Under the pieces are notes generated by a model. It ran no database searches, was not told the DNA's origin, and worked only from the letters and a program-made list of their open reading frames with translations. From contig JABEVD010000123.1 in the NCBI GenBank assembly GCA_013044025.1, positions 9,075-33,074 on the forward strand: a stretch of 24,000 bases of DNA, read 5' to 3'. The position numbers and the translations under genes were made by a program. The stretch comes from Burkholderiales bacterium. GTDB taxonomy: Bacteria; Pseudomonadota; Gammaproteobacteria; Burkholderiales; JABEVD01. Of this stretch, positions 22,475-24,000 are shown piece after piece (position 1 is the first letter of the stretch; the number at the start of each line of letters is the position of its first letter).

Positions 22475-23517
22475 CAGTCGACGAGTTTGCGCGCTTCCGC
22501 AACCGATCCGCGATAGGCCTCGAAAATGTGCACGAGCGCGTCTTCCATCGTAACCGTCGGCTTCCAGTCGAGATCCCTGCAGGTGTTCTCGATTTTCGGA
22601 ACACGGTTCTGCACGTCCTGATATCCCTTGCCATAGTATTCCGCGGAAGTCGTTTCGACCACCTGAACCTGCTTCGCGGTGGACTCGTATTCCGGATATT
22701 TCATGGCGAGATCGAGCATCATCTTCGAAAGATCCTTCACAGAATAATTGTTGGAAGGATTGCCGATATTGTAGATCTGCCCCGAAGCGATGCCGTTCGG
22801 GTTGTCGATGATCTTCATCAGCGCGTCGATGCCGTCATCGATGTAGGTGAAGGCGCGTTTCTGGGTTCCGCCGTCGACCAGCTTGATGTTCTCGCCGCGA
22901 ACGATATGCCCGAGGAACTGGGTGATGACGCGCGAGCTTCCTTCCTTCGGCGTGTAAATGCTGTCGAGTCCTGCGCCGATCCAGTTGAAGGGCCTGAACA
23001 GGGTGAAATCCAGCCCTCCCTGCATGCCGTAAGCCCAGATCACCCGATCCATGAGTTGCTTGCTGCACGAATAGATCCAGCGCGGCTTGTTGATCGGGCC
23101 GAGGATCAGTTCGGAATGGTCCGGATCGAATTCCCCGTCCCTGCACATGCCGTACACTTCGGAAGTGGAAGGGAAAACCACGCGCTTGCCGTATTTCACG
23201 CAGGCGCGCACGATGGGCAGGGTCGCCTCGAAATCGAGTTCGAACACCTTGAGCGGTTCCTTCACATAGGTCGCAGGCGTTGCGATCGCCACCAGCGGCA
23301 GCACCGTGTCGCACTTCTTGACATGGTATTCGATCCATTCGCGGTTGATGGTGATGTCGCCTTCGAAGAAATGGAAGCGCGGATGATCGATGAGATCCGA
23401 GATCCGGTCTGTCTGCATGTCCATTCCGTAGACTTCCCAGTCGGTGGTGTCGATGATGCGCTTGGAAAGATGGTGTCCGATGAAGCCGTTGACGCCGAGA
23501 ATGAGGATTCTTTTCAT
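22474..23517 (-). CDS. arnA: UDP-glucuronate oxidative decarboxylase, stand-alone equivalent of the ArnA C-terminal domain
   Basis: MKRILILGVNGFIGHHL...HPRFHFFEGDITINREWIEYHVKKCDTVLPLVAIATPATY...VFPSTSEVYGMC...KPRWIYSCSKQLMDRVIWAYG...FTLFRPFNW.G is near-identical in pattern to E. coli ArnA residues about 315-660. Confidence 0.9.
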   Translation of the reverse strand: MKRILILGVNGFIGHHLSKRIIDTTDWEVYGMDMQTDRISDLIDHPRFHFFEGDITINREWIEYHVKKCDTVLPLVAIATPATYVKEPLKVFELDFEATLPIVRACVKYGKRVVFPSTSEVYGMCRDGEFDPDHSELILGPINKPRWIYSCSKQLMDRVIWAYGMQGGLDFTLFRPFNWIGAGLDSIYTPKEGSSRVITQFLGHIVRGENIKLVDGGTQKRAFTYIDDGIDALMKIIDNPNGIASGQIYNIGNPSNNYSVKDLSKMMLDLAMKYPEYESTAKQVQVVETTSAEYYGKGYQDVQNRVPKIENTCRDLDWKPTVTMEDALVHIFEAYRGSVAEARKLVD

Positions 23518-23535
23518 GGTATTCCTTGAAAGATT

Positions 23536-24000
23536 TTAAGAGAGGGTAATGGGGGAATGGCCAAACCTGTCGGCAAACGCTTGCGCATCGCCGGGTGCGC
23601 CGTCCAGTTCGAAGGATATCAGCCTGAGCACGCCGCCTCCACCGCATTCGGCATAGCAGCGGCCATTTTCGCAGTAGATCGAGGCGGATGCATGGCGGGT
23701 CGGGCGGTTTTCGACGAGCGTTCCGTATATGGAAAGCCTCGTTCCGGAAATCGTGGAATGCGCGCCCGGGTAGGGCGGGGCGACCGCGCGGACCAGGTTG
23801 TGGATTTCGCATGCGGATTTTTTCCAGTCGATTTCCCCGTCCCTCGCGCTCCTTCCGCCGAAATAGCCTCCTTTGGAGAGGTCCTGCTTCACAGGAACCG
23901 CGGAACCGTCGAGGAGCTTCGGCAGCGCGCGATGCAGTACGATTTCGGATGCGCAGGTCACCTTGTGGAACACCTCGATCGCGGTATCGTTTTTCAGGAT
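23536..24000 (-). CDS. arnA: UDP-Ara4N formyltransferase, stand-alone equivalent of the ArnA N-terminal domain; 5' end off the window
   Basis: ...FHKVTCASEIVLHRALPKLLDG...YFGGRSARDGEIDWKKSACEIHNLVRAVAPPYPGAHS... matches the C-terminal half of the ArnA formyltransferase domain (NMVRAVADPWPGAF). The frame stays open to the window edge. Confidence 0.85.
   Translation of the reverse strand: MLKNDTAIEVFHKVTCASEIVLHRALPKLLDGSAVPVKQDLSKGGYFGGRSARDGEIDWKKSACEIHNLVRAVAPPYPGAHSTISGTRLSIYGTLVENRPTRHASASIYCENGRCYAECGGGGVLRLISFELDGAPGDAQAFADRFGHSPITLS

Noticed and set aside
1-24000. Mobile elements, prophage or integrase genes, CRISPR repeats, tRNA or rRNA genes, long direct or inverted repeats, and a compositional island.
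   Set aside because: Reading both strands found none of these. The only compositionally distinct stretches are the short AT-richer promoter gaps at about 7386-7680 and 18996-19140. A computed GC-skew or k-mer scan and tRNA and CRISPR detectors would be needed to exclude small elements formally.

Overview
Densely coding chromosomal window from a moderately GC-rich Gram-negative bacterium. The synteny looks betaproteobacterial (inference from aat-bpt-pyrD and yciB-yciI-bolA-PPIase). I support about 25 protein genes and see no rRNA, tRNA, CRISPR array, IS or transposase, integrase or long repeat. Order: pyrD<-bpt<-aat (minus, overlapping starts and stops); yciB->yciI->bolA->parvulin PPIase->terminator; monoheme cytochrome c->GNAT; minus-strand operon of a GNAT and a 680-aa unrecognised protein with an EF-hand loop and membrane anchor; an AT-richer gap with two back-to-back near-consensus promoters, a 30-codon hydrophobic ORF and a bidirectional terminator; DUF3050-like<-purL; nnr; mlaA->orphan GspE-class ATPase; PIN-PhoH2<-bcp; alpha/beta-hydrolase->ACP->KAS; arnD<-arnA decarboxylase<-arnA formyltransferase (split ArnA, runs off the window). 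Most worth a second look: (1) the hydrolase-ACP-KAS operon, whose hydrolase has GLCIG (Cys) in place of GxSxG and which abuts the Ara4N genes; (2) the orphan GspE-type ATPase with two MshEN-like repeats and an unknown N-terminal domain; (3) the GNAT plus EF-hand membrane protein pair; (4) a single in-frame TAA splitting purL after its HGEG motif; (5) the self-contained 30-aa membrane peptide unit. Three convergent gene pairs overlap or abut with no room for terminators. Family calls rest on my reading of the translations and remembered motifs; no database search was run.
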